64,000 nt of DNA. Origin: Ramazzottius varieornatus (lineage: Eukaryota > Animalia > Tardigrada). The notes under the pieces are model-generated. The model saw only the letters and a program-made list of their open reading frames with translations. It was not told the origin of the DNA and made no database searches. Numbering within the stretch: the stretch's first letter is position 1; each line of letters starts with the position of its first letter. Made by a program: the position numbers and the translations under genes. The stretch is taken from contig BDGG01000011.1 in the NCBI GenBank assembly GCA_001949185.1, forward strand, positions 1,234,293 to 1,298,292. The letters are read 5' to 3'. Shown piece after piece: positions 51,124 to 63,941 of the stretch.

Positions 51124-51620
51124 GCATCGCTTCGAGATAAGCTCTACAGGTGAATTTATACCTGCGTACTTTCCTACCTTTACCAAACGTCCTGACATTC
51201 CTTGCCTTATACTGAAGTCAATAAGCAAGGTACTCTCGCTTCTTAGACTTAATTCGTAAGGCTGTTTTTGATCAGAATTGTGTTGTACCAGATTCGTTTC
51301 GCGATGCGTGGCATAAATAACAGCATAACGAATCGGAAATGCGCCACTTTTACGGGAACCGGAAACCGGTTGGGCAACTTCGCCGGCCTGTAGTTGGGCC
51401 ACTTCGCCGGCCTGTAGTTGAGTAATTCCGCCGGCATTTACTTTGGCAACTCTACCGGCACGTTTCGCGGTTTCGACCACTTCCAGCACACAATATAAGG
51501 ATAAAACGATACTAAGCCGCTCGAGTTCAGACGGGTACTAGGATTCGCGAGACGTGTCATGTAGCCCACTATTGGATGAAGCCAGGACTTCTTTCGGTTT
51601 GCGAGATATGTCTTTTGATT

Positions 51621-52812
51621 TTAATGTTCCTGGTTTTTCAAGTACTGCTCCAGAGACGGAGGCGCTACATCGAAGAAATCCGACACCTTGCCTGCATGAC
51701 CGAGACAGACTCTACAGTTAGTCGAAAGTGTACCAATGGTTTATAACGTTCCGACTGGCTGCCACAGTATTTTCAAATTCTTAGAAATAATCCAGAAAGG
51801 CGAACTGCTGAATGACTTCCCCGAAACCCCATTCTACAGCAATGCGTACTCCTGCCATGGCCTTGTTAAAGTCTGTTTCTTCCTCGGACAGCTCTGCAGC
51901 GCCTGCGCGAAACGGAGCTTCTAGATATTCGGAGATCGGATATGCAGGATCTCCATAAAGACGGTAAACTGCCCCGACTTCGGCCATCTCGTTCTTGAGA
52001 AGGTCCAGCAGTCCGTTTTCAGCCAGCATCCCTGAAACATAATTTTATCAAATTGGCAAACAAGCTGGGCAAGATCGTTTCCCAAGCGGCGCACGCTTTC
52101 AACTAGTGGCACTGACGACCTGCGCCACTTGGGCTAAACATAACATGAGCCAGCTACCTGAATCATGGCGTCTGCCAGGCCACGGCCCGTCCAGGTTAAC
52201 AACCAATCCATCAGGCGCCATCACGGACTGGAACTTCAAGCCATGCAGACGGTAGTGGCCACTGTAGATGGTTTTCTGATCGACTTTCGGTCGGCAACAG
52301 GGACGAAAAGTTTCGTCGATAAAACCCCACACAGCGCGAATTGGTACGCCCTTTCGTCGTACTGCTTTGCAGAAGAGAGAGATGTCTGCTGCTTTGAGCC
52401 AACACAAATCTAGGGATGTGAGAAGATGCCCGAACTTCGATTCCACGTGACCTACAATCCAGCTGAAAGCCATTGATAACTCCGGTTTGCTTCGCCGATA
52501 AATTAGCTTGAGGGTGGTGTATCGGCTGGGATAGACAAGTCGTCCAAGGAGAATACAAAGGATCTCAACTCCATCAAACAATGATTTGTTCTCCAGACTA
52601 ACAACATCAGGTATGCCGAAACCTTCTTTCAAGCGAGGGATGTTTTCTCGTATGAAGCGAAACCATTCCCATACATCCGAATCATCTATCGCGTTTAAGT
52701 CAAACGGCATCCTCAGTGGCCTCTCCACCTTCGGTAGGGACAGCATCAGAACAGTTTCCTCATAAGACAAAGCTTTGGACATCAGAAGCACACAAGTTGT
52801 TTTTGTATCCAT
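51621..52812 (-). pseudogene. Harbinger DDE_Tnp_4 nuclease, intron 52032..52157, 3' frameshift and stop
   Basis: WGFIDET, YSGHYRLHGLKFQSV, GRRHDSG|MLAENGL, YGDPAY and RIAVEWGFG. After a frameshift it continues KNLKILWQPVG..PPSLEQYL. Confidence 0.88.
52055..52132 (+). repeat. Palindrome module, copy 5 (Harbinger nuclease intron)
   Basis: GGCAAAC..CCAAGCGGCGCACG..TGCGCCACTTGG. Confidence 0.75.
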
Positions 52813-55436
52813 GGTTCAAGCGTATCCGCGAAGGAAAATAAGCTTCGGAGAAGAAGAAAATATCGGAAGCAAACTCAATTTGCTTGTTCAGCCTAGCTGC
52901 AGGAAAGTTTAGCGTGCGTGATAACTTGACCTACAACGAAATCTTCACATACGATTCCGGTTCCGCTTGTTAGCTACAGTCGGAGAGTGAACGGGGACTG
53001 GCAACTTAATGTGCTTAATATCCCGTAGAAAACAGCTTCAAATTCTCGATCACGTGACAGTCCAGTCAACCATTCAAACAATCAACCAGTGAGCGCCGGT
53101 GGGCGGACAGGGAAATGAGGGTCATATTTGGCTGCTTACCTCTCGTCAAGTGACAGGTTTATGGGATAATCTAAACGGCCAAAATGTAGTCCAAACATCA
53201 TTGTCTAGACAGCGGCAAAAAAGTTATCTCCCGCAAAAAGTTCCTACGAAAATTCTGAACTAGAAATCTATGCTTGTTTGAGAGAATGAATCCTGTGATG
53301 TCGGGGGATATTGGGCTTGTAGAAGTCGGATGAGCACGAAGGGACATATTCAAACTCAAAGCGTTCCTTCCGTAAAAACCATTGCAAAGTTGGCCGCTGA
53401 GCAAAGCAAGACGTGGCCTCTCGCACAGGTTTATCGCATGGCTATAAACTTAGACATACACCAGACCATACTTTGCAAGTCCTAGAACTCAAGCAGAAGA
53501 ACATACAATGTCGCTGTCTTTTTACGCATAGTCAGTGTCCGGAGTGCTTCACCAAGCCGCGTATATCGTCTGAGCTTGTGAACTGCTGTGCTGAATTACA
53601 GAAGTGGTCTTAGGACTACCCCCATAGCTTTCCCTAGTAAAAACATTTATCAACGTACCAGAACCACATCGATGCCCGTACCCAGGGGTCAAGGCCATCA
53701 GTTACTGATTAAGAACTTTTATTGGTTTTCGTTTTCAAATTTCGAGAAACGTAAAACAAAAAAGAAGTCTAGCATAAGTTAGACTTTCTGGTTCCGAGTA
53801 TCCAAAATATAAAAGATTTGTTCAAGACCACGACAGAATCAGTTACTTACTTCTACAGCCGTGCGTGAACGTAAACATCACAATGATCCTTGTGAATAGA
53901 AGCTACTCTTACGGTCTTACCACGAGGGACTCAAATTATGCAATTGAATTCGATCTGCAATAAGCAAGCGTGGTATCCCCACCTGTAGACGGTAACGAAT
54001 CAGTCTGCTGGACCAGCACTTCCGCCTCGTGGAAAGGGCAGTCATTCGCCCTGAGGCTGTCTGGACAAACGTTACCACGCTATAGCGTGACCAAGAGCGG
54101 TGTGTCGCGTGACCTAACCGTTCACTTCATTGGCAACCGGTGATGGCCATGGGGTGAAAACGCGACTTAACGTTAACATCGGTTGACTAGCGTGTGCTTT
54201 ACTGGAAGAACGCGGATGTGACTTTGCCGGAATGGAGGCACTCGTAATTCGGATGCGACGCGAATCCCAATGCCCTCTTTATTGATTAGGGAACCAGTAC
54301 AGGAAATTTTGGATGGGCGGGTGGAAGAACTCTTCTCGTGTGGCGAAAACGAGAAGCAAAACGAATGAAATGAGGTTTGCTCGTCGGCATGAAACATCAT
54401 CGAGAAGAATGTAGGCTATGTTGAACAGAGAGAAGGAAGTACAGATAAGGAACCCGATATCGTGAACGAAAAGCCAAATGTAGCGTAAGAATGTGAAACA
54501 GCGGGAAAAGGAAAGAAGGAAGGTGTGGTGGGATGAGAGACCAGTGGATGGCACACGTTAACCAAAATTAAATCCGATTCAATTTTTATCACTCTTAAGA
54601 TGTGCATGACGTTACATGCATTTTAATTCTCGTCCCCTATTGACAAAGGAAGACGTGACCTGTGCCGCGACATCCTTCTTAGATCTCGAAGAAACGTTCA
54701 ATGATGAGAAAGAGAAGATCCTGGTAAAGAATTCACACTTGCTTCTACAAGCAGAAGATACCGTAGCTTTGGCAAAACCGTCCGCGAGTATCTTGAGTAA
54801 TGAGAACGTCATGAACGGAAATGTAAACGAAAACATAAAGGAGTGAAAAATGACCGGATATCGTCCTCAACCACCGGCACCTACAGTAGCTAGCTCCGCG
54901 ATACATTTTAGGTCCTAACATTGCTCTTGTGTGATCAGAATTCTCATCTGCGGTATTGTTGGTGAATCAAGGTGTTAATTCGAATATAGCCTGTGTATCC
55001 ATCAGGACGCTGGTTATGCAATTTAATCTCGGATGATGAATCTAGATGACGTGTATCGGTATTCTTGTTTTGCTGAAAGGAGTGATCCGGGAACCAACTC
55101 CAGGCCGGACGTCGTCGTGGCGCGCTGATCAGGCGACTATCCTCTGAAATGCCGCGCCTTTGACGGCACCTCCAACTGGAATGCCTTTTGTCCGGTACAA
55201 CCAATACCAAATAATTAAGCGAAGCATGACTTCCGGCGGTAGCTGTCAAGTTGATTTATTCACTACGATATTAATGTTTAAATGAACAAACAGTCAACCA
55301 ATTTCAGAGATGAGTTTTGAGCTTCGCGTGTTGAGATGTCGAACAAATTTGTTCAACAGGGATCTTCATTTTGCTTCCCATACTTCTGCCGCATGATTCC
55401 TCTGGTTCCTCGACATCTGTTTCCTTAGTCGCTAAG

Positions 55437-56556
55437 ATGACCGACATCTTCAACTCTAGCAGAAAAAATTATACCACTGATGATCCATCATCCGAAAGCC
55501 CGATCTTCGACAGTGTACGGGTCGAGTGGCGCATAGCATTTCTTGCTCTAAGGATCATGTCCGTCTTGAGCAATCTAGCGTTTGCTGTTGCTGTGTACGC
55601 AGACCGTACGTCCAAAGCGGGTCCGCGGCTTCTCATCGGCAATTTAGCCGTGAGCGGTTTTCTCCTCAGCTGCTGTCTGTTTCCCGTCAATTCACTTCAA
55701 GAGTGGATGCCGCCTGGTTTCGTCTCCTCACCCTGTTCCGTCATGTCGGTCGCTTTCTTTTTTGGTACAGCTGTCAGTTGGGCCGATGTCGGCTTAGCCA
55801 TAAACCGTACGGTTGCAATCTGCTTCCCCTTTTATTACAATATTTTTCGGAGTCAAAAAGTCACTTGGCTGCTCATAGCATTCAGTTGGAGCCTGAGCAT
55901 TGGTATAGCAGTGCTTACAGCAACTGAAACAGGTGTCAGGTTCTTGTACCTTCAGAAAATTTACTGCACTATCACGATCACAAGCCAGTTTGGCAAATTT
56001 TACACCGGGTTGGCCACGGTCATTCCTTATGTTCTTATTGGCACGGCTTCTGTTGGCATATTTGTTGTGGCAAGGGTGAAGTTGCAACAGCCACAACCTG
56101 ACGTTGTTGCCGCTGCTAGGACGAGACGGTTGCTGAAACGACGGCTGGTGGTCGCTAAAGCCATGTTTGTTTCCCTGTTGTGGAGCTTGATCTGCACGTT
56201 ACCAGTATTCATCATGATTTCGACCCCCGGTCCCGCAGAAGATGTCTGGAAAAAGAGCTGGCTGAACAACCTCGTCACAGTTGGCACGACCATGTTGTAT
56301 GGGGGATATCCCGTAAGATACGGATGCCATTCCTGCTCGGCTACGCGGCTCTAATAACTATTCCTTACAGATTATCTATTTCGCCATGAGCCGGCCATAT
56401 CGGCAATACCTTCTACAAGCCGTCTGCCCTCGTCTGCGGAAGACTCGGTCTGTACAAGTCAAACCTTCAGCCCGCGGTGACGGCACCACCGTGCAGGATC
56501 AGAGATTCGTTCTCCAAACAAGAGCTCGTACTTTGACATACAATTCCGCCGTCTAG
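55437..56556 (+). CDS. Rhodopsin-class GPCR (exons 55437..56312 and 56371..56556)
   Basis: Seven hydrophobic segments. LAINRTVAICFP at the DRY position, CTLP in TM6, and spliced YPIIYFAMSRPYR in TM7/helix 8. Confidence 0.88.
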
Positions 56557-58065
56557 GCACTTGTTTCAAGTCAAATTTTCGACCTCAGTTTAAGCATTGG
56601 CTAGTACGACATTGGGTTCTCCACTACTGCACCCCAGAGCACTGTTCCTGTCTCTGGGCGATTGTAATAATGCGTTTAATGGATGGTGCCTGCATAAGCT
56701 CTTTGGCAGCTTAAGCCTACTTCGTTTGAACGGTTCTGTCCGTAATAAATGGTGGCCTTGGTCGACGAAGTCAGCCGGCTCACTCAACGCCTTGAGCACC
56801 ACGCGATTTCGAGCTCTCAGAACACCAGATGGGAAAGTCACTTTCGCCTTTTTTTAAACTGGTCGAAACAGATGGCGTTGTCAAATGGAGCCAATCACCA
56901 CGTTCACGATTGGTCGAAATTTGGGAATATGATATACAGTGCGCCACCTATCAACTTGAAACGGCTAACCTTCATATTTTCCTCTAGATCGCCGGACGAA
57001 TCTTCTCTCAAATCTGGTGCATGCTCTAGATGCACAAATGTTCGAACTCCAACTGGATCTTTCTTTTGAGACACTGGCTCAACCAAGATCCTGACTGAGA
57101 AATAATTTGCTGGCTAGGATGAAATTTCCATCGAAAACGGAGAAAAATCCACCATACACTCTCCAGTGGATGGTAGTTATAGTTTGAAGGGAAGTTGATT
57201 CTTCAACCAAAGAGGATAAACGAGGGGCAGCAGCTTAAGTAAAACCTTGAAACGTACGCATTATCAATAGTATGCGCTGGGAGGGTGTGTCTACCACCCT
57301 GTGCTCAAGGTGTTAAGTCACTCCTTATGGGGCAAAAGGTTTCCCGGCGGGCCGTACGTTCCAGAAGTACTCATGTAAAGCTGGAGACCAAGTTCGGTGA
57401 GCTAGATGTTTCTTGAAAGTTTGATGCGCCACTTTGGCGAAATCAGCCCTGGCCAAACAAACAAGTTCCAGAACCATCCCCGGTACCCCATAACCGTGGG
57501 ACAGCACAAACATACTGGTCGAATTTTTCTGCTAGCCTTGCAACTGGATACCTGGCTGGAACGAAAGTTCGAGAACAGAATTGCATTTCGCTTGGATTAT
57601 TAGCCGCATTTTTAAAAAATTTTCACCAGGTGTATCACGAATTTGAACCGGCACCAAATATCGTGGCTCTAGAAAATCTGATTTAAATCGGTCTAGATCA
57701 GGTCGCTAAAAATCCAAGACGGGAAAGCAGTACTGTCAGTAGCTAGTCGATCTAGTCGACTTTTTCTGTTCCCGTTTTCCCGGCTCAGATTTCACAGAAG
57801 ACCGAAAAACGGCTGGTCTACTGAATTCGGTTACGGGTTTCAAGATATTTAGTCTTCAAGCACGAACCGTCAAAGACGCGACAAGCTTTCTGTTTTCTGG
57901 GCGACATCACGGAGTATCTGTAGAAAGGATTCGGTTTGAAATCAAACAGAATCCAATTTTTATAGTGGCTCGTCTGGGGTGCCCGTTTCCATTTTTCTGA
58001 ATCATCGACAAGCTGCGAGCGAGTCGAAGGCGAAGCGTACAGCTTGTAACTTCGCTTAATGACTA

Positions 58066-59923
58066 CAAGGTAAAAGCAACGGAGTGGTCATAGCAAAATC
58101 ACATAGGAAAGTGGTCATAGCTGGATGTCAGCAACTGGTGGCTCAAATCGTTTCACTTTAGGCTGAATCAACAGGGAGAAGCCTGTAGATTCATATGGTA
58201 TCCACAAGAAGCGAGGATACCGTCCAGCATATGAGATTCTGCTCCTCAAAGTAAGACGACTCGCTCATGTGTTAAAGAGCCTACGGCAAAAATTTAATAC
58301 AGGCCACCAGAGGCGCCTGCGTAGGCGCGTTCTTCTCTTTGAAGCGACGTCATCCATATGGTTTATACAGTGCAACCCGGTACAGCTACGTCAGAACCTT
58401 GTTATTGACGTATACTGAACCGATTTTCCTTGTTCGGTAAGATGATACGACTTTGCCAAAATTCATAAAGGAATCCTTTAAAGTTTGCTTGTCCATGTTA
58501 TTTCATAATGGCTTCACCTAAGTTAAAGACAGCTGCTGAGGTCAGCAAGGAGCTGATGGACTCTGCCATCTCTGCAGTAAAAGATTGAGGAATCAGCAAC
58601 AGATCTGCTGCACGGTACTTTGGCGTAGCGCGCACAACGCTGGTACGACGTCTTCAAATTCCCCATGCTCAAAGACGCGGTGGTCCAACGAAGTTTCCTT
58701 CACGAGTGGAAAAAGAGCTGTCTGAACTACTTGAGGCTTGCTGCACTATCGGGATTCCCCCAAGATTCGCGTTCAACGTAGGACCAACACTGCAGTCTGG
58801 CTTTGCACGTTGTGGCCTGTTTCCCTTCAGTCCGGCGACCATTAGAGGCACCGTCAAACTTTTCAACGACCCGACTATAAATGCAAGCGGAATCCGCCAA
58901 ATTGAGCCAGGCCAAGATCACGAAGAACTGTTCGAGCTTCTGCGCAGACGATACGGCATCACGTCCGATATTCACCATGAAGAAGTATGGGACTGTGTCG
59001 AGAATGTTCAAAAAGGCAACACTTCCGGTAAGGTGCTTGCGGGTGCACTGGCGAAGTCGTTGATGGATGACACCCCGAAGAAGAAGCGAAAGCAAAAGAA
59101 CACCATGCTCAATCTAACATCTGGAGCTATGGTGACGTCAGACGAAATCGTGAAAACGGCAGAAATGATTCAAGCTGAGAATCTAGGAAAGAAAGCAGCA
59201 CTGAAGGCGACGAACGCAGCAGAGAAAGCAGGAAGACAAGCAGGGGAAAAAGTCGCTTCGAAAGCTGCGGAAAAGGCGGCTACCAGGGCTGCGAAGGCAG
59301 CAGAAAAGGAAGCAGAGAAGGCTGCAAAAGCGGCGGAAAGAACAGCCAAAGCAGTGGAAAAGGCCGCGGTCAAGGCTGCGAAGGCGGTGGCGAAGGCTGC
59401 CGCAAAACTCTCCGCAAGACTTGTCAAAGCAAGCAGAGTCAGCAAGCGGAAGGCTGCAGAGCCTGCATCGATGATCAGTTTTTTGTCGAAGAGGTTCAAG
59501 CAAGCTTCAAGCAGTGAAGACCCTCCGAACTTTTCTTTTATTTCGGATATCACCGCAGCGGAATCCGTCTTAAACTGATCAGGCCTTTTTGACTGTGGAA
59601 AAAATTTCTATTGAGCTGTATCATACGTAGGGGATTTCCTAATAATTTCACCTCTGAAAATCCCGTGTTGTTAAATGGTATGAAGTTTTGGTTGGACAAG
59701 TAATCGTAGTGCCGTAGTGCGTAATAGAATACAAGTAAAGTAAGCTCGACCATGCGCGAAATGAAACTGGGAAATTATACCGCAGTTTATCAATACCGTA
59801 CCCCGGACTGCAGTCTGCTTGCGGTACAAAAGCCTATGCTTCACGTGCTGCCATCGCATACCGCAAAGTATGACCGATACCTTGCGCAAAATCTGCTATG
59901 ACCACTACGTTGCGTTTACCTTG
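58066..59923 (+). mobile_element. Internally deleted pogo-like transposon, 30-bp TIRs, TA duplication
   Basis: TA|CAAGGTAAAAGCAACGGAGTGGTCATAGCA and TGCTATGACCACTACGTTGCGTTTACCTTG|TA. Confidence 0.9.
58508..59578 (+). pseudogene. pogo-like transposase derivative lacking the DDE domain, with an Ala/Lys-rich tail and one in-frame TGA (58586)
   Basis: MASPKLKTAAEVSKELMDSAISAVKD*GISNRSAARYFGVARTTL joins directly to FAFNVGPTLQSGFARCGLFP. Both parts are homologous to the 2563..4501 gene. Confidence 0.85.
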
Positions 59924-60340
59924 TAGGTACTGTAACACACGTCATCTGGTGCGTCACCTTCTTTCGCCAGCATTCCGTCTAAAAACAGGTCAATTCGGTT
60001 ACGTAATGACCAAACCTGTACGCACTAAGGCAAGTCATGTGTGATCTTTTTCCCGAATGTTTTTGAACTGTACTTTGAATTGCCGTGAGGCATGAGATCG
60101 ACTGATTAAAGTGCTTAAACACACTACCGTGACGCGTGTATTGTTCATGTTCTGTGGTCCTCGATGGATGGCAACAGGTTGAAAGCAGCAGATACTTATC
60201 GTTTTTATCCTCACTCCGCGCCACTTATCACTTGTCAGTCCGCACCATACGCAAACTCACATGTGCATGCAAATAGTCAATGCTGAAGATGTCTTGCGTC
60301 TACCGAATCCAGTTATAGTTTGATCCTGTTACGCAGCAAA

Positions 60341-62522
60341 ATGTTGTCGCGTCGAAATGAACTCGAGCGGACCAGGAGAGCGGGAACTTTAGAAGAGTCC
60401 TCTGAGCATATTGAAGTTCGGACGGCTCATGATTGGGAGTACTACAAGAGCCGACGGAAAATTAGGCTTGTGCTTGACGATGGCACCATCTCCTTTTTCT
60501 GGTGCGGTCGTAGTATCATCAGTCCATTTCGACTATTATTCAGTGAAACGCTACAACGATATCTTCATTACAGGAGAGCGCACACAATTACGGCTCTCAT
60601 ATTGATCATCTGCGTTCTCATGTACATCACCTTTTTGGAGCCAGTATCTTACGATTCTGTGGTCAATAATCGCAGGTACGAAAAGCCACTTGGCACTCTA
60701 TCGTAGTATGGCTTATAATACCTCCTTTTTATTTCTCAGAATAATGACTTTTGTCAGTAACGGTCTTTCGTTTTACGCCAATGATGTTTCCTAGAGGTAT
60801 CCTGGCTGTGATGGTGATGTTTCTGGTGTTTGGGATGATGACAACTGGTGACGCTCCCTTTCGCCGACCACACCCCATCGTCTGGCGATTCGTCTTCAAT
60901 GTTTCCGTCCTGTATGAACTCTGCCTGGTGTATCTTATTATGCAGGTCAGTCTAAGCTCTCCAACGTTCGCCATAACCTAGGTGACTGCTGAAACCTCTC
61001 AGCTACATACTGTATACACGTAATTCCGAGTTTCTGAGCATATTCGGTTGATTACCAGGATCATGTTATTTTGATATTTAACAGACTGCCGACGATGCAC
61101 GGCAGCTTCTCAAGCAGCTGGACCCAACTTTAGGAGTGGAACTGCCAGAAAAGGATTACGGAGGCAACTGCCTTTTGTACGACAACACTCATACCGACCC
61201 ATACCATAACATTTGGGTAAATGATGGTCGACAGCTATAATGTTTTCTAGTATAATGTTTTCGATCAAACTTTGAGAGGGGGTGGCTGCGTCCGGGGTTG
61301 ATATTTTGCTCTTGTACAACTGATGCTGTTTCGTAGGACAAATTGGACGTGTTTGTGCTCACTCACTTTTTCGGATGGTGGCTGAAAACACTGGTGTTGC
61401 GCGACTGGTGGCTGTGTACAGTCATCAGCATCCTCTTTGAATTGATGGAGTACACGTTGGAGCACCAGCTGCCAAACTTTAACGAATGCTGGTGGGATCA
61501 CGTAAGAAGTTGACCGATCGCCTTGGTCAGCGCAGCACGATGACTTGAGCTGCACGCTTTTCTTTACAGTGGATTATGGATGCTTTGGTCTGCAACGGTC
61601 TGGGCATTGTTTTTGGAACAATGACGCTGAGATATCTGGAAATGCGGCCCTATCACTGGAGAGGACTGTGGAGAATTCAAACCTACTCGTCCGTCTTTCT
61701 CACCCAGTTAATCACAGACCTCAGCATCGCTCCATCAGTTTTTTCTCTGCAGAGGGAAACTCCAGCGGATAGTGGCGCAGTTTACTCCCTATAGTTGGGT
61801 GGAGTTCGACTGGCGTCCATTATCCAGTTTTGGGCGCTGGACGGCCATGATCGGGGTGGTATCAATTGTAAGAATTCCGTCAAGCAGATCAGGTCTGAAA
61901 TAATTCAGAGCTCATGTCATGACGGTAAAGTGAAGCCTAACAACATATTCTTTCTACAGTTTCTCATGGCCGAGCTGAATACCTTCTACCTCAAGTTCGT
62001 CCTGTGGGTACCACCGCCACACTGGATAAACCTCGTTAGGCTGATATTTCTGCTACTATGTGGAGGAGTTGCCATCCGGGAAGTCTTTGAATATCTCGAC
62101 AATCCGTAGGTCTATTTTCATGCGCGCAACTTTATTGCTTACGCACTTTGTGTCAGAACGGGGCCTGGTTTGGTAGGCACTGCACGCAGCTGGGTAAACA
62201 AGCATGGATGATCTTGGTTGTCGTCGTGACCGAACTTCTCGTTGTGATGCGCTTTGACTTGCCGATGATTACCAAGCCGCTACCGCCCGAAATGACTCTT
62301 TCGTGGTTGACGTTCCTAGTTCTCTGCCTGATATGGACGATATGGCGCTTCGGCTACCGCGGGCAGGTCAAGTTGGGTCTTGGGGGGCAAGCCTCACGCA
62401 ACAATCAAACTGCTCCTGCATTGGAACCTGAAACTGAGCCAACCTTGTACAAATCAGAACGCGATATGGGAACGGTTTCAACAATTCCGACGAAAGATTT
62501 GGTCGACAAGAAAGAAAGATAA
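60341..62522 (+). CDS. PTDSS2: Phosphatidylserine synthase 2
   Basis: Spliced motifs [74 protein letters not shown] and [18 protein letters not shown]. Confidence 0.95.
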
Positions 62523-63219
62523 ACAGACACCGAATTATCTCGTTATTTTTCAAATTTTGGACTTTTGTCAAGTTTTCAATCGATTAATGCTGGTGTGTCC
62601 ATCTGGGAACACTGGTCACGTCACCGAAACGTGACTTGTCACACAACCGATGTATGATGACGTGCGCTGGCTTATGTACAGTGTTGAAAGTGAATCCCCT
62701 CCGCTGCCAATTTTGACTAGTTTGATGGTTCCTAAGTGAAATACACGGGCTGTAGTCTTGCAGATACAAAAGTAATTAAAAATGTGCACCGGAAGGGATG
62801 AACTTTCAGCACTGTATGAAATGTCGGATCATGTCGACCAGCCAATAGCAATATCAATAGCAATACAACTAATGCCTGCGGACACGTCACAGGTCTCGTT
62901 CAAACGCCAGACACTGACCACGATGCTGTATCGTGAAAAGATCGAGCCGCAAGGTCTAAGTTCGCCGGCTTTTCCCTGTATACCAGGTACTCCGCCTACC
63001 CACTTTTTGGCACGCGTCCCTTGCTTGGTTGGTAGCTGGCTTGGTGAAAAGAAGAATTTAGAGTGAGTCCTGCATTATTTCTTCTTCCGTCGGCTTGTTG
63101 GGTCCTCAGTCTCCCCGACCGTGGGTTTCACTCGATATTGCTTCAATTCTTTCGAGCACGGAACTTCGTCCGCTAATTAGCGAGCTGTCTCTCAGTTTAC
63201 TGTATCGATCGAAAAAGCC

Positions 63220-63941
63220 ATGCCAGGATTCGAAGCAACCCATCTGTCGGCGAGGCGTACCACCAACGAGCCGGACCACGTCGACCAGCAGGACTCGGTC
63301 CGCCTTCCCAACAAGGTGACGGGGAAGAAGAAGGCAGACGCCTTCCAGGACGCTTTGCTTGGTCTTGGCCTCGAGGGCAAGGATGTGCTGTTTATTGCAA
63401 CCATGGACAGGTACGTTAAATTCAGCGCTCCTCACGTCCTGGCTACGACCACAGTTGTCGTTTGAGATAAGCGGTGCTTCACAACGGGCAGCATTTTACC
63501 GTGGTCCCTACTCTGGTCCAAAGACGAGCAGATGTTTCCCGTTTGTCCTTATGGCTGCGCAATTTCAACATTCCTTTTCTTCTTATAGTTTTCCGTCCTT
63601 CGAGGACGTTATTGAGCTGGTTCGTTCCTTGGAGTACTTGAAAGTCTTCCCACCAACAGCGTCACAGAACGGACATCAAAATGGAAAGGAGGCCAGAGAA
63701 GAAAGCCTCCTTCGCGTGACTTCGGCTGCTGAGAGGTAGGACAATTTTTATTGGTGCTTTTGCTCTGTCCAAAGTTACACACATTTTTTATCGATTGCAG
63801 CAAGGACGTTGTGGCCATCAATTACGCTGCCAATCTTCTCGATGAGGAATCGCTTCGAAGACTGATCACCCAGTGCCTGGACGCTCTGCGGACCGGTGGT
63901 ACCTTGTTGATGCGCGAACACCTTGGCGGAAGCACGACAGG
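63220..63941 (+). CDS. 5' exons of a class I SAM-methyltransferase-fold protein, possibly phosphoethanolamine N-methyltransferase; continues beyond the window
   Basis: LEGKDVLFIA, then DVVAINYAANLLDEESLRRLITQCLDALRTGGTLLMRE, resembling motifs II/III. Exons ~63220-63410, 63589-63735 and 63801-63941. Confidence 0.55.

Larger units (their letters stand above)
49853..53015. mobile_element. PIF/Harbinger transposon with two convergent genes and ~45-bp TIRs
   Basis: AGCACATTAAGTTGCCAGTCCCCGTTCAC at 49853 is inverted at ~52970..53015, with TA/TWA-like flanks. Confidence 0.92.

Noticed and set aside
51376-51436. CRISPR-like array
   Set aside because: Head-to-tail tandem repeat without spacers, in eukaryotic DNA with no cas genes.
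54170-54846. Purine-rich, possibly decayed coding sequence
   Set aside because: Stops in all frames; not identifiable.
59170-59553. Ala/Phe-rich minus-strand ORFs
   Set aside because: Antisense shadow of the Ala/Lys tail on the plus strand.
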